This document shows positions 1 through 9,743 of a stretch of 62,058 bases of DNA, in pieces. How positions within the stretch are numbered: the first letter of the stretch is position 1; every line of letters begins with the position of its first letter. Both the position numbers and the translations under genes were made by a program. The stretch covers positions 1 through 62,058 of the IMG/VR virus record IMGVR_UViG_3300023170_004698; one strand, written 5' to 3'. The notes below the pieces were generated by a model, which did no database searches, was not told where the DNA came from, and was given only the letters and a program-made list of their open reading frames with translations. Origin of the DNA: a virus (taxonomy: Duplodnaviria > Caudoviricetes).

Positions 1-1383
1 CATGTAAGCGATGCGACGGCGAAGCTCAGCTCTCTTCTTTAATCTTGACTCGTTCATAATGTCCTCCAAAATTGAACTAATTGTTAAATTATCAAAATCA
101 ACGTCATTTATAGAACCATTTCTAACAGTAACGTCTTTTTCATTTGCTGTTACCGACACGGACGCTCCGCCGGACGGATTTGGATTACCGGGCAATAAGT
201 CCCGATTTGAAAAATTAGGGTTTTCTTCAACTGCAGCACCAGGAACCCCATTTATATCAGTGTTAGTTTCAGCCACAAATGGGCCTGAAACATTTTTATC
301 AGAATTTTCGCCAGAAGTAAAAGTTTCACCAGACGGAACACTAACTTCACTTAAATCAAAATTGCGGATGCCATCAGCAAGCTTTCTCCTTATATCGTCA
401 GGAATACCATCATTAGGAATCCTATCTGCAGTCTCGGCCAAATTTCTTAAAGCTTCGCTGGCTGTTTCTGCCGACTTCATCAGACCGTTGTTACTTAGAA
501 AGCTTGTAACAATTCTTCTGCGGTCAGTAATTGAACATCCATCATCACCACAAGCAGTTTTCATTATTCCATCGAGATGTTGCGCTTGCTTTTCGGAAAG
601 CCTTCCAAGCATCTCGGGAACATTTTCAACACCGTAATTTATAAATTCTTGCTTATATTCATTCAAAGAAGCTATACACTTAAGAAGAACAGCCCCAGGC
701 TCAGCAGGCTGAACCACGAGGCTGTATTCGATTGGCTTTAGACCAACATTAATCTCTCCATGAGCAGTGCGGGTAAGAATATGTTGGCAATACTCATTTT
801 GATTTGTTGCTCTGTTATAGCACTCGGTGCATATTGATGTCTCTACAGCGGTACCCATAGAGCCGTAGCGAACAAGTCCTGATTGCACTTTGGCGGCAAG
901 GGAGGGGTAGTTCACCTTATCTAATGCACAAAGGCCTACAACCTGCTTGTACTTTTCGTCGTAATATGTATCTAGTATTATTCCGCGAATGCCATCAACA
1001 GAGCTTGATTCGTGATCTCTGCAGAGCGGCTTGCCAATCCACAGGGGAGTAGCTATTTTTAGCTGCGCTTCTGGAAAAATATCTTTGTTGTTATTTCTGT
1101 GCGGCTTTACGTTGCCGTGCCAGTTCCAGTTTTCGTCAAAAAATCCCCAAGCATCTTCGCTGCCAACCTTCTTTATTTTACCGTTTTCATCTAAAAGAGC
1201 AGACTCAGCGGCCTTCAGAAAGATGATTGAGAAATAAAGAAAGTCGTCGGACTTCGGGGCAATGCTCTTTAGGTTGTTGGCAAGTTTTGTAAACCTTTCA
1301 ACAATCTCAGGATTAGCCTTGATTTCTTCATTAGAATGAGTTTTTACATTGCTATCCGGAGAAAAGCATACTTTTTTAAACAT
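1..1383 (-). CDS. Prohead maturation protease with probable scaffold extension (3' end truncated by window edge)
   Basis: Absent from the ORF track because it runs off the window. My translation from ATG 1383 is open to base 1: MFKKVCFSPDS...NNNKDIFPE...WIGKPLCRDHESSSVDGIRGIILD...GLVRYGSMGTAVETSICTEC...YCQH...IEYSLVVQPAEPGA. The DH, SMG and E.S.V..PA.P.A elements match HK97/herpes-fold prohead proteases, and the gene lies downstream of portal and terminase. Confidence 0.8.
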   Translation of the reverse strand, partial: MFKKVCFSPDSNVKTHSNEEIKANPEIVERFTKLANNLKSIAPKSDDFLYFSIIFLKAAESALLDENGKIKKVGSEDAWGFFDENWNWHGNVKPHRNNNKDIFPEAQLKIATPLWIGKPLCRDHESSSVDGIRGIILDTYYDEKYKQVVGLCALDKVNYPSLAAKVQSGLVRYGSMGTAVETSICTECYNRATNQNEYCQHILTRTAHGEINVGLKPIEYSLVVQPAEPGAVLLKCIASLNEYKQEFINYGVENVPEMLGRLSEKQAQHLDGIMKTACGDDGCSITDRRRIVTSFLSNNGLMKSAETASEALRNLAETADRIPNDGIPDDIRRKLADGIRNFDLSEVSVPSGETFTSGENSDKNVSGPFVAETNTDINGVPGAAVEENPNFSNRDLLPGNPNPSGGASVSVTANEKDVTVRNGSINDVDFDNLTISSILEDIMNESRLKKRAELRRRIAYM

Positions 1384-1397
1384 AGTGCAGGTACCTT

Positions 1398-1413
1398 ATG
1401 ATTATATAATCAT
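1398..1413. promoter_or_regulatory. Perfect 16-bp palindrome ATGATTATATAATCAT just upstream of the protease start
   Basis: Self-complementary sequence read directly. Function inferred only, and the context is AT-rich. Confidence 0.35.
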
Positions 1414-1456
1414 TTATTATATAAAAATTAGTTTTTTAATAATTTTGTGTTAAAAA

Positions 1457-1627
1457 TTATTTATTTTCATATTGTTTTAATATTTTTAGCCGAATATCAC
1501 TTTCTTCTTCTGCATCAGAATCATCTAAATATATAGTATTTTCTTCGGAATTTTCCAATTCTTCAGAATCTTCTTTTGACTTTTTAACCATGATATTCTT
1601 TGTTTTATCGCTAAACTTTATAAACAT
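1457..1627 (-). CDS. Small acidic hypothetical protein (56 aa)
   Basis: Hand-translated MFIKFSDKTKNIMVKKSKEDSEELENSEE...KQYENK*. It starts 2 nt after the upstream stop and is below the track length cutoff. Confidence 0.6.
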   Translation of the reverse strand: MFIKFSDKTKNIMVKKSKEDSEELENSEENTIYLDDSDAEEESDIRLKILKQYENK

Positions 1628-1629
1628 TT

Positions 1630-3891
1630 TTACTCCGAAAGAATAATTATTCCTAAAATATCTTTTGTTATATAAGCTTTTGTCCGATCGATTGTTATTA
1701 TTAGATCATCGGCAGCTCCGGAAACCTTTCCGGTAGACTCTCCAAGCTTTGATGTAAATTCGCCTGAATCTATGACATTAATTAAATCAAACACCTCCAG
1801 TGATGAGGCTGAAAAAACTTTCGATAGATCAGCAAGAGATCCTATAACCTCTTCTGTTGTAGAAATATCTTGAATTGAATTAAGAAGACTTATTGATTCT
1901 TTTATGTTTAGCAAAACTTTTTTGCAAACTTTAGAGTTTCTTTTTGATGATTCGCTGTATTCTCCTGCACTGTTTTTTATAACGGCAGGCTTCTCGACAA
2001 GCCTCTCATAAACAGAAAGATTTTGCTCTAAATTGTCTTTTAGTTTTGCAGCATATTTTTTGGCTCGGTCCAAGTAATTCATGCACTTTTTGGCCACCGC
2101 CTTTGTCTCGTTATCAACGGGCACACCTGCAGTTTTTTCGATTTGGCCAAGAACAATGTCAAAGTTTGTGTGCCTATACCTATCTGAAGCCGCCTGAACA
2201 ATATTTTCATAGCCATAATTGGAAGGAATTTTTATGCACTCAGCATCAGAAAGGTTAATTGTGGCGCCCCCAGTGTAACCTGAGTTTAACCCAACTTCTA
2301 TAGCTTCTTTTATTAGGTCTGAATCATAATTACCACTGTAAACAAAGGCTATTTTATAATCTTCTTTAATATATCTTTTTATTTTATTTAAAAGACCAGA
2401 ATTATTTTTGCTTGTAATATAAATTAAGTCACTTAAGTTAGGTAGGTAATTTTTTCTTATATTTTTATAAAAATTATTTTCATAAAGCTTATTTAAAGAA
2501 ACTTTTATTAAATCACCTGAAGTTAAAAATGACTCAGAAAATAATGATAAAGAAAAAAGCGAGCCTTCACCTTCTATGCTAGACTTTCTATAAAAAGGAA
2601 TCACATCATCTGTTATAAAATCATTTAAATTAAATATTGCAATTTTTTCATCCTGCTCAATAGATGCTTTCTTTATTATGTTTGTCTTTAGCCTGGAATC
2701 ATTAGGATTTTTATTTAAAATAGAAAAATTGCCATAGCTTTGAAGCGAAGAGTCTATAAGGCTAGACGTTTTAACTATACAAGAATAAAGACCCAGGTCA
2801 TTAAGAATAGCGGATTGCTTTTCTATAGATGACTCATCGTAATCTATGAAAATTCTATCACCGATAGACATCCCGAGGGCTTCGGCGGCACCGCCACAGA
2901 CTTCCAAAACATTTTTTGAATTCGCACATGTAAACAAGTCTAGAGATCCAGGCTGAATATTTGAGTATATTTTTTTGATTATATTATTTTCATCCATGAA
3001 AGCTATATCTATGGGGAATTTTACTGAGCCCATATGAAAGGTTAGGCTTTCAGGCTTGTCATATCTAAACAGAAGGCCGCAATTATCTGCCAGTTTAGAA
3101 TATGACTGCAGACCCATGGCCTTGTCGCTATTTGTCTCTGCTATGTTACAGATAAATGAAGAAAAAGAATCATTATCTTTACTGTAATGTTTTACCAGAG
3201 CTTTATTATTCAAGGAATTTTTCTTGACTAAAATCTTCTCTAAAAGTCCGGAGTGTTTGGATATAACTTTAAAACCTGCTTTGATTGCCATTTTTTCAAT
3301 ATCTAAATTCTTTGAAGCAATTAGCATGGCAAATGATTTTGGCTTTAAGTTTGCATATACATTTCTTATGCAAATTTCAGATTCTTCCAGTGAATCAAAT
3401 GGCATAGAATTAAAAAAGCCATCACATTTTGTTCTATGATTGTAAAACATTAAATCAGAATCTACAGATGCAAAACTATTTAGATTTATATCTTGTCTTT
3501 TTTCTTTTGCCAAAGAAATGATGTTTATTCCAATGCTGCGAATTGGAGAAAGCATTTTGTCTGACTGTTTGCCCCAAGTTAGTATTGTTGCATTCTTTTT
3601 AAGTTTTGTTATAAAGGCATTAGACATTAGACTTAGCTGTTCAAACTCAGCCTCCTCTAAATCTCTTATATCCTCATGGAGGGGAAAGAATACTCCCCCA
3701 GAATATTCGTGACCATTATCATAAGTATCTTCTCCGCCAGCGCTCAAAGAATCGTTGAAGGTTCCATAATTTTTTTCTTTAGAACCATCATTTACTATTG
3801 GAGCTATATCTTTGTCTGGATCGCCTTTTGGACTTAGAGATGCCATCTCATGTTCCGCAGATCCTATGTATGGCCAAGATAATTTGTTCAT
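1630..3891 (-). CDS. Multidomain protein containing DUF192 (COG1430), probable head-associated protein
   Basis: GLLFRYDKPESLTFHMGSVKFPIDIAFMDENNII...NVLEVCGGAAEALGMSIGDRI matches the DUF192 pattern (GMLF...FWM...PLDIIF...VLE...G). Helical C-terminus; KKAS and KTAG motifs. Confidence 0.7.
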   Translation of the reverse strand: MNKLSWPYIGSAEHEMASLSPKGDPDKDIAPIVNDGSKEKNYGTFNDSLSAGGEDTYDNGHEYSGGVFFPLHEDIRDLEEAEFEQLSLMSNAFITKLKKNATILTWGKQSDKMLSPIRSIGINIISLAKEKRQDINLNSFASVDSDLMFYNHRTKCDGFFNSMPFDSLEESEICIRNVYANLKPKSFAMLIASKNLDIEKMAIKAGFKVISKHSGLLEKILVKKNSLNNKALVKHYSKDNDSFSSFICNIAETNSDKAMGLQSYSKLADNCGLLFRYDKPESLTFHMGSVKFPIDIAFMDENNIIKKIYSNIQPGSLDLFTCANSKNVLEVCGGAAEALGMSIGDRIFIDYDESSIEKQSAILNDLGLYSCIVKTSSLIDSSLQSYGNFSILNKNPNDSRLKTNIIKKASIEQDEKIAIFNLNDFITDDVIPFYRKSSIEGEGSLFSLSLFSESFLTSGDLIKVSLNKLYENNFYKNIRKNYLPNLSDLIYITSKNNSGLLNKIKRYIKEDYKIAFVYSGNYDSDLIKEAIEVGLNSGYTGGATINLSDAECIKIPSNYGYENIVQAASDRYRHTNFDIVLGQIEKTAGVPVDNETKAVAKKCMNYLDRAKKYAAKLKDNLEQNLSVYERLVEKPAVIKNSAGEYSESSKRNSKVCKKVLLNIKESISLLNSIQDISTTEEVIGSLADLSKVFSASSLEVFDLINVIDSGEFTSKLGESTGKVSGAADDLIITIDRTKAYITKDILGIIILSE

Positions 3892-3932
3892 AATACCCTC
3901 AGATATAGTACTTAATTAAAAAATAGTAAAAA

Positions 3933-4232
3933 TTATAATCTTATTGCTAGCTCACTAAGAACTGTGTTTATAAAATAAGGATCTTTTCCATTTAAAATAT
4001 TTTTAATCAAACCCAAACTAACGCCGATTGCAGCCCCGCCTGGAGCCCGCTTGTTTGATATTTCCATAACATTAAATTCCGATATTTTATTCTTAACATT
4101 TGTAAAAGATCTTTGCCTAACATTTGGAGACATATTATTGATCATGATAGCTATTATGCTCGCAATCTGCTCTGCAACATAAACTGGATTTGTCTCTAAT
4201 ATTTGAGCTTCTTTTTTTATTAAATCAGACAT
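3933..4232 (-). CDS. Hypothetical head-module protein
   Basis: 99-aa ORF in operon; N-terminal IKKEAQ motif. Confidence 0.7.
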   Translation of the reverse strand: MSDLIKKEAQILETNPVYVAEQIASIIAIMINNMSPNVRQRSFTNVKNKISEFNVMEISNKRAPGGAAIGVSLGLIKNILNGKDPYFINTVLSELAIRL

Positions 4233-4234
4233 AG

Positions 4235-4774
4235 CTATGCTCCAAGATCCCTTTCTACAAACTCAAAGGCTAATTGGTAAGCTTCTCTTTTCGCTGTAGT
4301 ATCATCATACTCTGAAGAAAGCTCTAAAAACTTTTGATTATAAGCCTTAACTGCAGACACAATAAGATTATTTTTATTTAAAACATCTGAATTAGAAATT
4401 TTAAGAACTAGATCTTTTAATAAGGCTTCATAGTCTTCACGATTCTGCCGAGCAACCTTTGTTAATAAAAAATCAGCAAACGAAGCCAAAGCATGTTCGC
4501 CCGATTCATCTAGGTCATCGCCAAGCTGAACAAATAGGTCCAGCAAGTTATTATAATCTACCGGAACTTTTCCCGTACTCTTTGGCGCTAAAATTTCCCT
4601 TTCTGTTTCTGACTCTGGCATCGGTATTGCTTGCTCCCCCGGCAGGGAAAGGCCCCTTCCAATATTGGAAAAATTAGCAGAATAACCCTCATCTGGAGGT
4701 GCGGCAGACGGCAGAGGCCCGGACAAAGGAGTTTTTGGCTTATAGTTCTTATTCTTGTATGAAATTTTTTTCAT
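4235..4774 (-). CDS. Hypothetical head-module protein with LD..G...A..D motif
   Basis: 179-aa ORF, ATGA-coupled to the upstream gene; contains LGDDLDESGEHALASFADFLLTKVA. Confidence 0.7.
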   Translation of the reverse strand: MKKISYKNKNYKPKTPLSGPLPSAAPPDEGYSANFSNIGRGLSLPGEQAIPMPESETEREILAPKSTGKVPVDYNNLLDLFVQLGDDLDESGEHALASFADFLLTKVARQNREDYEALLKDLVLKISNSDVLNKNNLIVSAVKAYNQKFLELSSEYDDTTAKREAYQLAFEFVERDLGA

Positions 4775-6210
4775 TTCTTAACTTTCCCATAATCCTTTGA
4801 CATAACTCTATCTGCAAGCGATTTGCCCTTCACCTTTTTAGGTTTAAAGCTTTTTCCTGTTTTCGGATCCTTTAACTTCCCCATGCCTCTTACCAGATCT
4901 GTCGGAGTAAAGTTTACTTTGTCTCCACTTGGCGATACAGTTTGATAAAATGGAGAAGTCGCTGTTTCGGACTTTTTGATAATATTCTGTTTTTCATTTG
5001 CCTTAACAATGAGGTCTACTCTAGTATCTTCATTTTTAAGCTCAATAATAACTTCGCCATCCTCAACTGCTCTATATACATTATTTTTAAAATCAGACTT
5101 TAAGATTATTGAGCATATAACTTTATAACTATTTTCTCTAATAAAACTTGAGTCCATATAATTGTCTTTAAATTCATTTATTACAAAATCGCTACTAAAT
5201 GTTAATTTTTCACTTATAACTAAATCCTTTAAAATTCTTTTTTTATTTTCGTTCATAAATTGTAATTCAGATTCTGTTATTTCAGAGTTATCTCTTTTTA
5301 TTATTCCAAACAAAATTTTATGAACACCAGAATCAGAATCACCAATTCTGTTATTTGCAGAATCAATTGATGAATCAGGATACTCTCCTGAGCCAGCAAA
5401 TCTTTCTACATAATAATTTTGAATGTCATAACCAGCTATGTCTGCTTCAGTCGAGCCTGATTCTGTCGCTTCATCATAACCAGCTTCAGACGAACCCATG
5501 GGCTCTCCAATTGATCTTCTTCTATTTCTTTCTCTATTAAATGGCTGCCTCTGGGCAAATCCGGTGAGTATACTCTCAAATACAAATATCTCTCTGCACA
5601 CATCTATGACAGCACCCTCTAGATTATCTGGAAACTCTCCATTTTCTAGCTCCCTAGACAGCATATGCAAGGATGATATGTTTTTTTCAACAGATTCTCT
5701 TAGAGATGTAGATATTCCTGACATTTCTTTTAAAATATTTGTCACAATATTTATTGGAGCACTCTTGCTGATCCAGCCTTCCGTATCTTCAGATAAACTT
5801 TTTTGAAGATATAAATCTCTTATAACGTTTAATCTTGGATCATCAGAAATCTTGCTTTCAAGATATTCGGTGTTACCGTATTTTGAGCTAAAAAGATTTT
5901 TTGAAATATTATAGAATTTCTTTATAGTCTTATTAAAAGTTGAATAATAATTATTTGAAAGGCTGGAAAGAACTCGCTCTGCAGTGGTATTCATTTTTTC
6001 TGCACCACTATATACATTTGTTACTGATTTTAAATCAGATATACCCGGATCCAAAGAGGGCAGGTTTCCGCCAGCCAAAGCATTTACGAATCCCTTTAGC
6101 TTTTGGTACCAATTTTTACCTCTCGCTCTCTCTATTTTTGCAATGCCACCAGATAGCAGCATTATCCCTTCTGAAAAATCTTTGCTTATGCGCTTATATT
6201 CATCGCTCAT
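4771..6210 (-). CDS. Hypothetical protein downstream of portal
   Basis: 479-aa ORF with AAGGAG RBS; basic C-terminus; no recognised domain. Confidence 0.75.
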   Translation of the reverse strand: MSDEYKRISKDFSEGIMLLSGGIAKIERARGKNWYQKLKGFVNALAGGNLPSLDPGISDLKSVTNVYSGAEKMNTTAERVLSSLSNNYYSTFNKTIKKFYNISKNLFSSKYGNTEYLESKISDDPRLNVIRDLYLQKSLSEDTEGWISKSAPINIVTNILKEMSGISTSLRESVEKNISSLHMLSRELENGEFPDNLEGAVIDVCREIFVFESILTGFAQRQPFNRERNRRRSIGEPMGSSEAGYDEATESGSTEADIAGYDIQNYYVERFAGSGEYPDSSIDSANNRIGDSDSGVHKILFGIIKRDNSEITESELQFMNENKKRILKDLVISEKLTFSSDFVINEFKDNYMDSSFIRENSYKVICSIILKSDFKNNVYRAVEDGEVIIELKNEDTRVDLIVKANEKQNIIKKSETATSPFYQTVSPSGDKVNFTPTDLVRGMGKLKDPKTGKSFKPKKVKGKSLADRVMSKDYGKVKK

Positions 6211-6228
6211 TTTTGGTGCTCCTTACTG

Positions 6229-7926
6229 CTATTCCATACCCGGTGGCGGCCCGCCCATTGGAGGTCCACCGCCTGCGTCTGGAGGCCCACCCACTCCGGG
6301 TAGCCCACCGCCCTCTGGTGCAGCGCCAGCTGCAGCTTCTTCTCCTGGCGGTTCTATTATGGACTTAGCTGGATCTAGGCCCACCAACTCCGATAGCTTC
6401 ATATTGCCAAGAACCTGCTGTTCTTTAGCAAATATTTGCTCATCTATCATTTCCTCTCTAATTCTTCGCCTTTCTTCTTCATAGCTTAAGCCCAAGCTTC
6501 TATGAAGAGTTTGAAGTGAAACCTGTTTGTTACCAACAAATTGGCCAACAGACTGTATGAAGTCTGCCATATCATATAGATTCATATGGTTGAAGTCAAT
6601 TGTGGGAACTAAAAGTCTCTTTTCGCCATCTTTGTATTCAAAGAAATCCTGAATCTCGCATATTGGCGCAAAGATTTTTCTTTCAAGCCACTTTTTCATC
6701 ATATTTCTAAAGATATCATATCTCTGACGAAGAACTTCTAGCCCAACAGATGAGCTTGCATAAGTTGCAGCCTCTTGATCCATAAGTGCCTTTGGCGTCA
6801 TTAGTCCGGCATAAAGATTCGTCATAATTAGTTCTATATCAGTTCCGACATCTAGTGTGGCTCCAGAAAAGCCCGCCCTCTCAATCGTTACGCCATTATG
6901 GGTTACTATTTTAAAATCCTTATCATACTGGGCTTCTTCTAAAACATTCTTAAATGCTTCAATATCAGATTGCGTAGGCCTGTAGTCACCTTCTCCGCCA
7001 AGCTTAACTAGGGTTAGGGGGTTTACCATTCCATCTGCTTGAGCAAACTTCGACTCTCTCAGCTTATCATATAGCATCAAATCTTTATAAACAGATACTA
7101 TTATAGATGTTCCTCTGATATCATATGGGGAGCTTAAAAGCTTGAGGTGAGAAACGTTGAAAGCATCAAGCGGAATATTTTGACCCTTCTTTACATATGA
7201 AAGAATATGCTTTGGAATGTGCTTCTTCATGTTTATATCTGACGGAGAAGTTGAGTTCACTATCCTTATTAAATTCGCATCTGGCCTGAGGGAAACTAGC
7301 GTATGATTTCCTATTACGGATTTTTTAACATGTACATAATCTGGATTGAGTATTGTGATTCTATTCCATACGCCCATGCTTTCGTCCAACTCCGCATAAG
7401 GAAATGACTCTCCCATTTTCCAAAACTCTAATGCTGCTCCATAAACAACAGAATATAGATCTATTCTTTCTGCCATCTCCATAAAAAATTGCTGAACTTT
7501 CTTGTTTTTGCAGGTGATATTGATTTTGCTTATAGGAAATGAGGCGTGAAGATTTATTGCGTTTCTAACAATTGGATGTGTGTCATAGAATACTCTGTTC
7601 CAAGCATTCATTGTCACCCGATCTCGGGGAAGGTTTAAGTTTGCCAGCTGAAATAGGGGTGAATAAATCTCAGGAGCCATCCTGTCGGTAGTAGACGTGG
7701 TTGTTGGCCCCACCATTGGAGAAACTATTGAGGCGCTTTTAATCATGTTGAGGCTATTCTTTCTAAAGGTATGGCTGTGCGCAACTGCGGCATGTAATGA
7801 AGAGTTTTCTTCGGCGTCCATTCTTTTGTTTTCAGAATTTGAAATCTCTGCACGCCTATACTCAGATAAGGACTCTGCTGTTTTTTTCGATATGTCGGTC
7901 GGCGGCCTACTAGTTCTTCTTGACAT
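6229..7926 (-). CDS. Portal protein
   Basis: Immediately downstream of the terminase; portal-like size (565 aa); YDTHPIVRNAINLHA, WLERKIFAPI; Gly/Pro low-complexity tail typical of large-phage portals. Confidence 0.8.
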   Translation of the reverse strand: MSRRTSRPPTDISKKTAESLSEYRRAEISNSENKRMDAEENSSLHAAVAHSHTFRKNSLNMIKSASIVSPMVGPTTTSTTDRMAPEIYSPLFQLANLNLPRDRVTMNAWNRVFYDTHPIVRNAINLHASFPISKINITCKNKKVQQFFMEMAERIDLYSVVYGAALEFWKMGESFPYAELDESMGVWNRITILNPDYVHVKKSVIGNHTLVSLRPDANLIRIVNSTSPSDINMKKHIPKHILSYVKKGQNIPLDAFNVSHLKLLSSPYDIRGTSIIVSVYKDLMLYDKLRESKFAQADGMVNPLTLVKLGGEGDYRPTQSDIEAFKNVLEEAQYDKDFKIVTHNGVTIERAGFSGATLDVGTDIELIMTNLYAGLMTPKALMDQEAATYASSSVGLEVLRQRYDIFRNMMKKWLERKIFAPICEIQDFFEYKDGEKRLLVPTIDFNHMNLYDMADFIQSVGQFVGNKQVSLQTLHRSLGLSYEEERRRIREEMIDEQIFAKEQQVLGNMKLSELVGLDPAKSIIEPPGEEAAAGAAPEGGGLPGVGGPPDAGGGPPMGGPPPGME

Positions 7927-7928
7927 CC

Positions 7929-9743
7929 TTAAATTCTCCTCTTAACATTTGCTATAGTTGCTCTCGGCATATCTACTTTTCTTTCAAGACCCGGCTTTAT
8001 GCTAAAGCCTTTAGTTAAATCAAATTTATAAGCCATATAAGCGTACATTAAAGCCATAAATCCATCATTTGGTACGGGGCCCTTAACAAATGTTTTGACA
8101 GGCTGGCCTCCAACAATTTTGATTTTTGACTCCATTGAAGTACAGTGGTCTATTAACCACTCAAGATATTCATAGCTTTTCCATGGAAACCTTATTTTAC
8201 CTTTTCTAAACAAATCTATTAGTTCGTCAATTAATAAATCTTTATTATAAGAAATTATTAGCTCATCCTCTCTATATTTCATGGGATTTGCAAGGCTTCC
8301 ACTTCCCTGTGCTCCAATAAACCTATCTCTATATAGCGTTTGAATATCGTGAACCACGTCCTGTCCGAAGAACCAGTCAGAAACTCCTCTGGTAATAGAA
8401 AATCTTCTATACATCTCTTTTATAGTGCTTTTTTTATAATCATATGTATTTTGCCTAAGCTTATGAGCGTGCTCGACCAGCAGAGTGCCATCGGGCTGGG
8501 CAGAAAGGATAACGACACAAGAGAACGACTGCCCACCGCTAGAATCAGGGTCGTCATCTTTGCCTCCCCAGTCAACTCCAAGATATGTAGTTTTTTCGTT
8601 CGACTTTATGTTCTTAGAAAAATATCGATCAGGATCCCTGCATAAGTTATAAATTTCCGCCTTAGTAAGAGGTGATCCTGCACCTGAATAAAATTCTCCA
8701 ACAACCTCGTTCTTCCAGATCCTTTCCGTTTGAGCCGGGTTATTTTCCGGCATCAGCTTTTCAATATTCTCTTTTGTAAAATAAGGAATATAAAGCTGAT
8801 TTATATGAAATCCTACAAAATCGCAATTCTCCGGATCTCTAGTACCAACCCACTTGCCCATTCCAATGGCCTCTACCTTTTTCTGCTTAGTTCCGCACAA
8901 AGGACATTGGACTATATTTTCATATAACCAAATAGATTTCCACCTGTCATCATCAGGCAGGTAAAAGGGGTAGGTTTTTCTGCAGTTAATGCATCCTAAG
9001 TGATAGTATCTTTGGTCAGACATATCCCAGATTGTTGCAAAGTGACTATTTTTACCCTTAGGTGTTCCAAAGTAAACTTGAACCCCCTGACCCACTGGGC
9101 CATATTTTGCTGCGGTAAGTATTTTAGTTGCGTTACCTATTGCGTGACCAAGCATATCCTGAACCTCGTCAAACATGGCTACATCAACAGTCATACCACG
9201 AATTCTATCGCCGTCAGTGCCAAGGCTGTCTACCCACAAGGTGCCTGTCTCAAACTGCTTCATCGTAAGATTATCAACGGCATTAGCGCTTGAAAGTTTA
9301 TTTTGCTCTATAAAATTATCCTTTGCAGTTCTTATAAGAGTTTCAAGCTTATCTTGAGAGAATTTTTTGACCTGCCCCAAGGCTGGGAAGAGATGAATAA
9401 CTCGAATATTAGGCTCTGTAAAAAGTCCGCTATTCGTAAAAAAGAGATCAAGCGCTCCAGCCATAACTGTTGCGCCAACCTGACGGCCCTTCTTTATAAC
9501 GACCGGCTTTCCATCTTTTCTAGTTGCATTTAGTGCAATATATCTATATACATCAGACATAAACTTCCAGCCCGAATCTACAATATTAAATTCTGAACCA
9601 TCGAGAGTTAGATTGTTTTTGCAGAAATGGGCTGGGTCAAAATCAAGAAAACTGTTATTAAATTGATTTATTAATTCTTTTTCTTTTTTAGCTTTAGACA
9701 TATTAACCAGAAGGTTGGGCATGATTGAAGTAGTCTGCAACAT
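7929..9743 (-). CDS. terL: Terminase large subunit, lambda GpA-like (probable true start ATG 9701)
   Basis: Walker A VVIKKGRQVGAT, Walker B AMFDEVQ, motif C FGTP, Zn pairs CINC/CPLC, GFHINQLY, RNase H-like LGVDWGG and NDGFMA. Confidence 0.9.
   Translation of the reverse strand: MLQTTSIMPNLLVNMSKAKKEKELINQFNNSFLDFDPAHFCKNNLTLDGSEFNIVDSGWKFMSDVYRYIALNATRKDGKPVVIKKGRQVGATVMAGALDLFFTNSGLFTEPNIRVIHLFPALGQVKKFSQDKLETLIRTAKDNFIEQNKLSSANAVDNLTMKQFETGTLWVDSLGTDGDRIRGMTVDVAMFDEVQDMLGHAIGNATKILTAAKYGPVGQGVQVYFGTPKGKNSHFATIWDMSDQRYYHLGCINCRKTYPFYLPDDDRWKSIWLYENIVQCPLCGTKQKKVEAIGMGKWVGTRDPENCDFVGFHINQLYIPYFTKENIEKLMPENNPAQTERIWKNEVVGEFYSGAGSPLTKAEIYNLCRDPDRYFSKNIKSNEKTTYLGVDWGGKDDDPDSSGGQSFSCVVILSAQPDGTLLVEHAHKLRQNTYDYKKSTIKEMYRRFSITRGVSDWFFGQDVVHDIQTLYRDRFIGAQGSGSLANPMKYREDELIISYNKDLLIDELIDLFRKGKIRFPWKSYEYLEWLIDHCTSMESKIKIVGGQPVKTFVKGPVPNDGFMALMYAYMAYKFDLTKGFSIKPGLERKVDMPRATIANVKRRI

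Noticed and set aside
11-637. 208-aa plus-strand ORF and the other plus-strand ORFs in the track
   Set aside because: They are antisense shadows of motif-bearing minus-strand genes; this one overlaps the protease ORF.
6229-6350. GC-rich stretch at the portal 3' end as foreign DNA or a repeat array
   Set aside because: Explained by Gly/Pro/Ala codons of the low-complexity tail.
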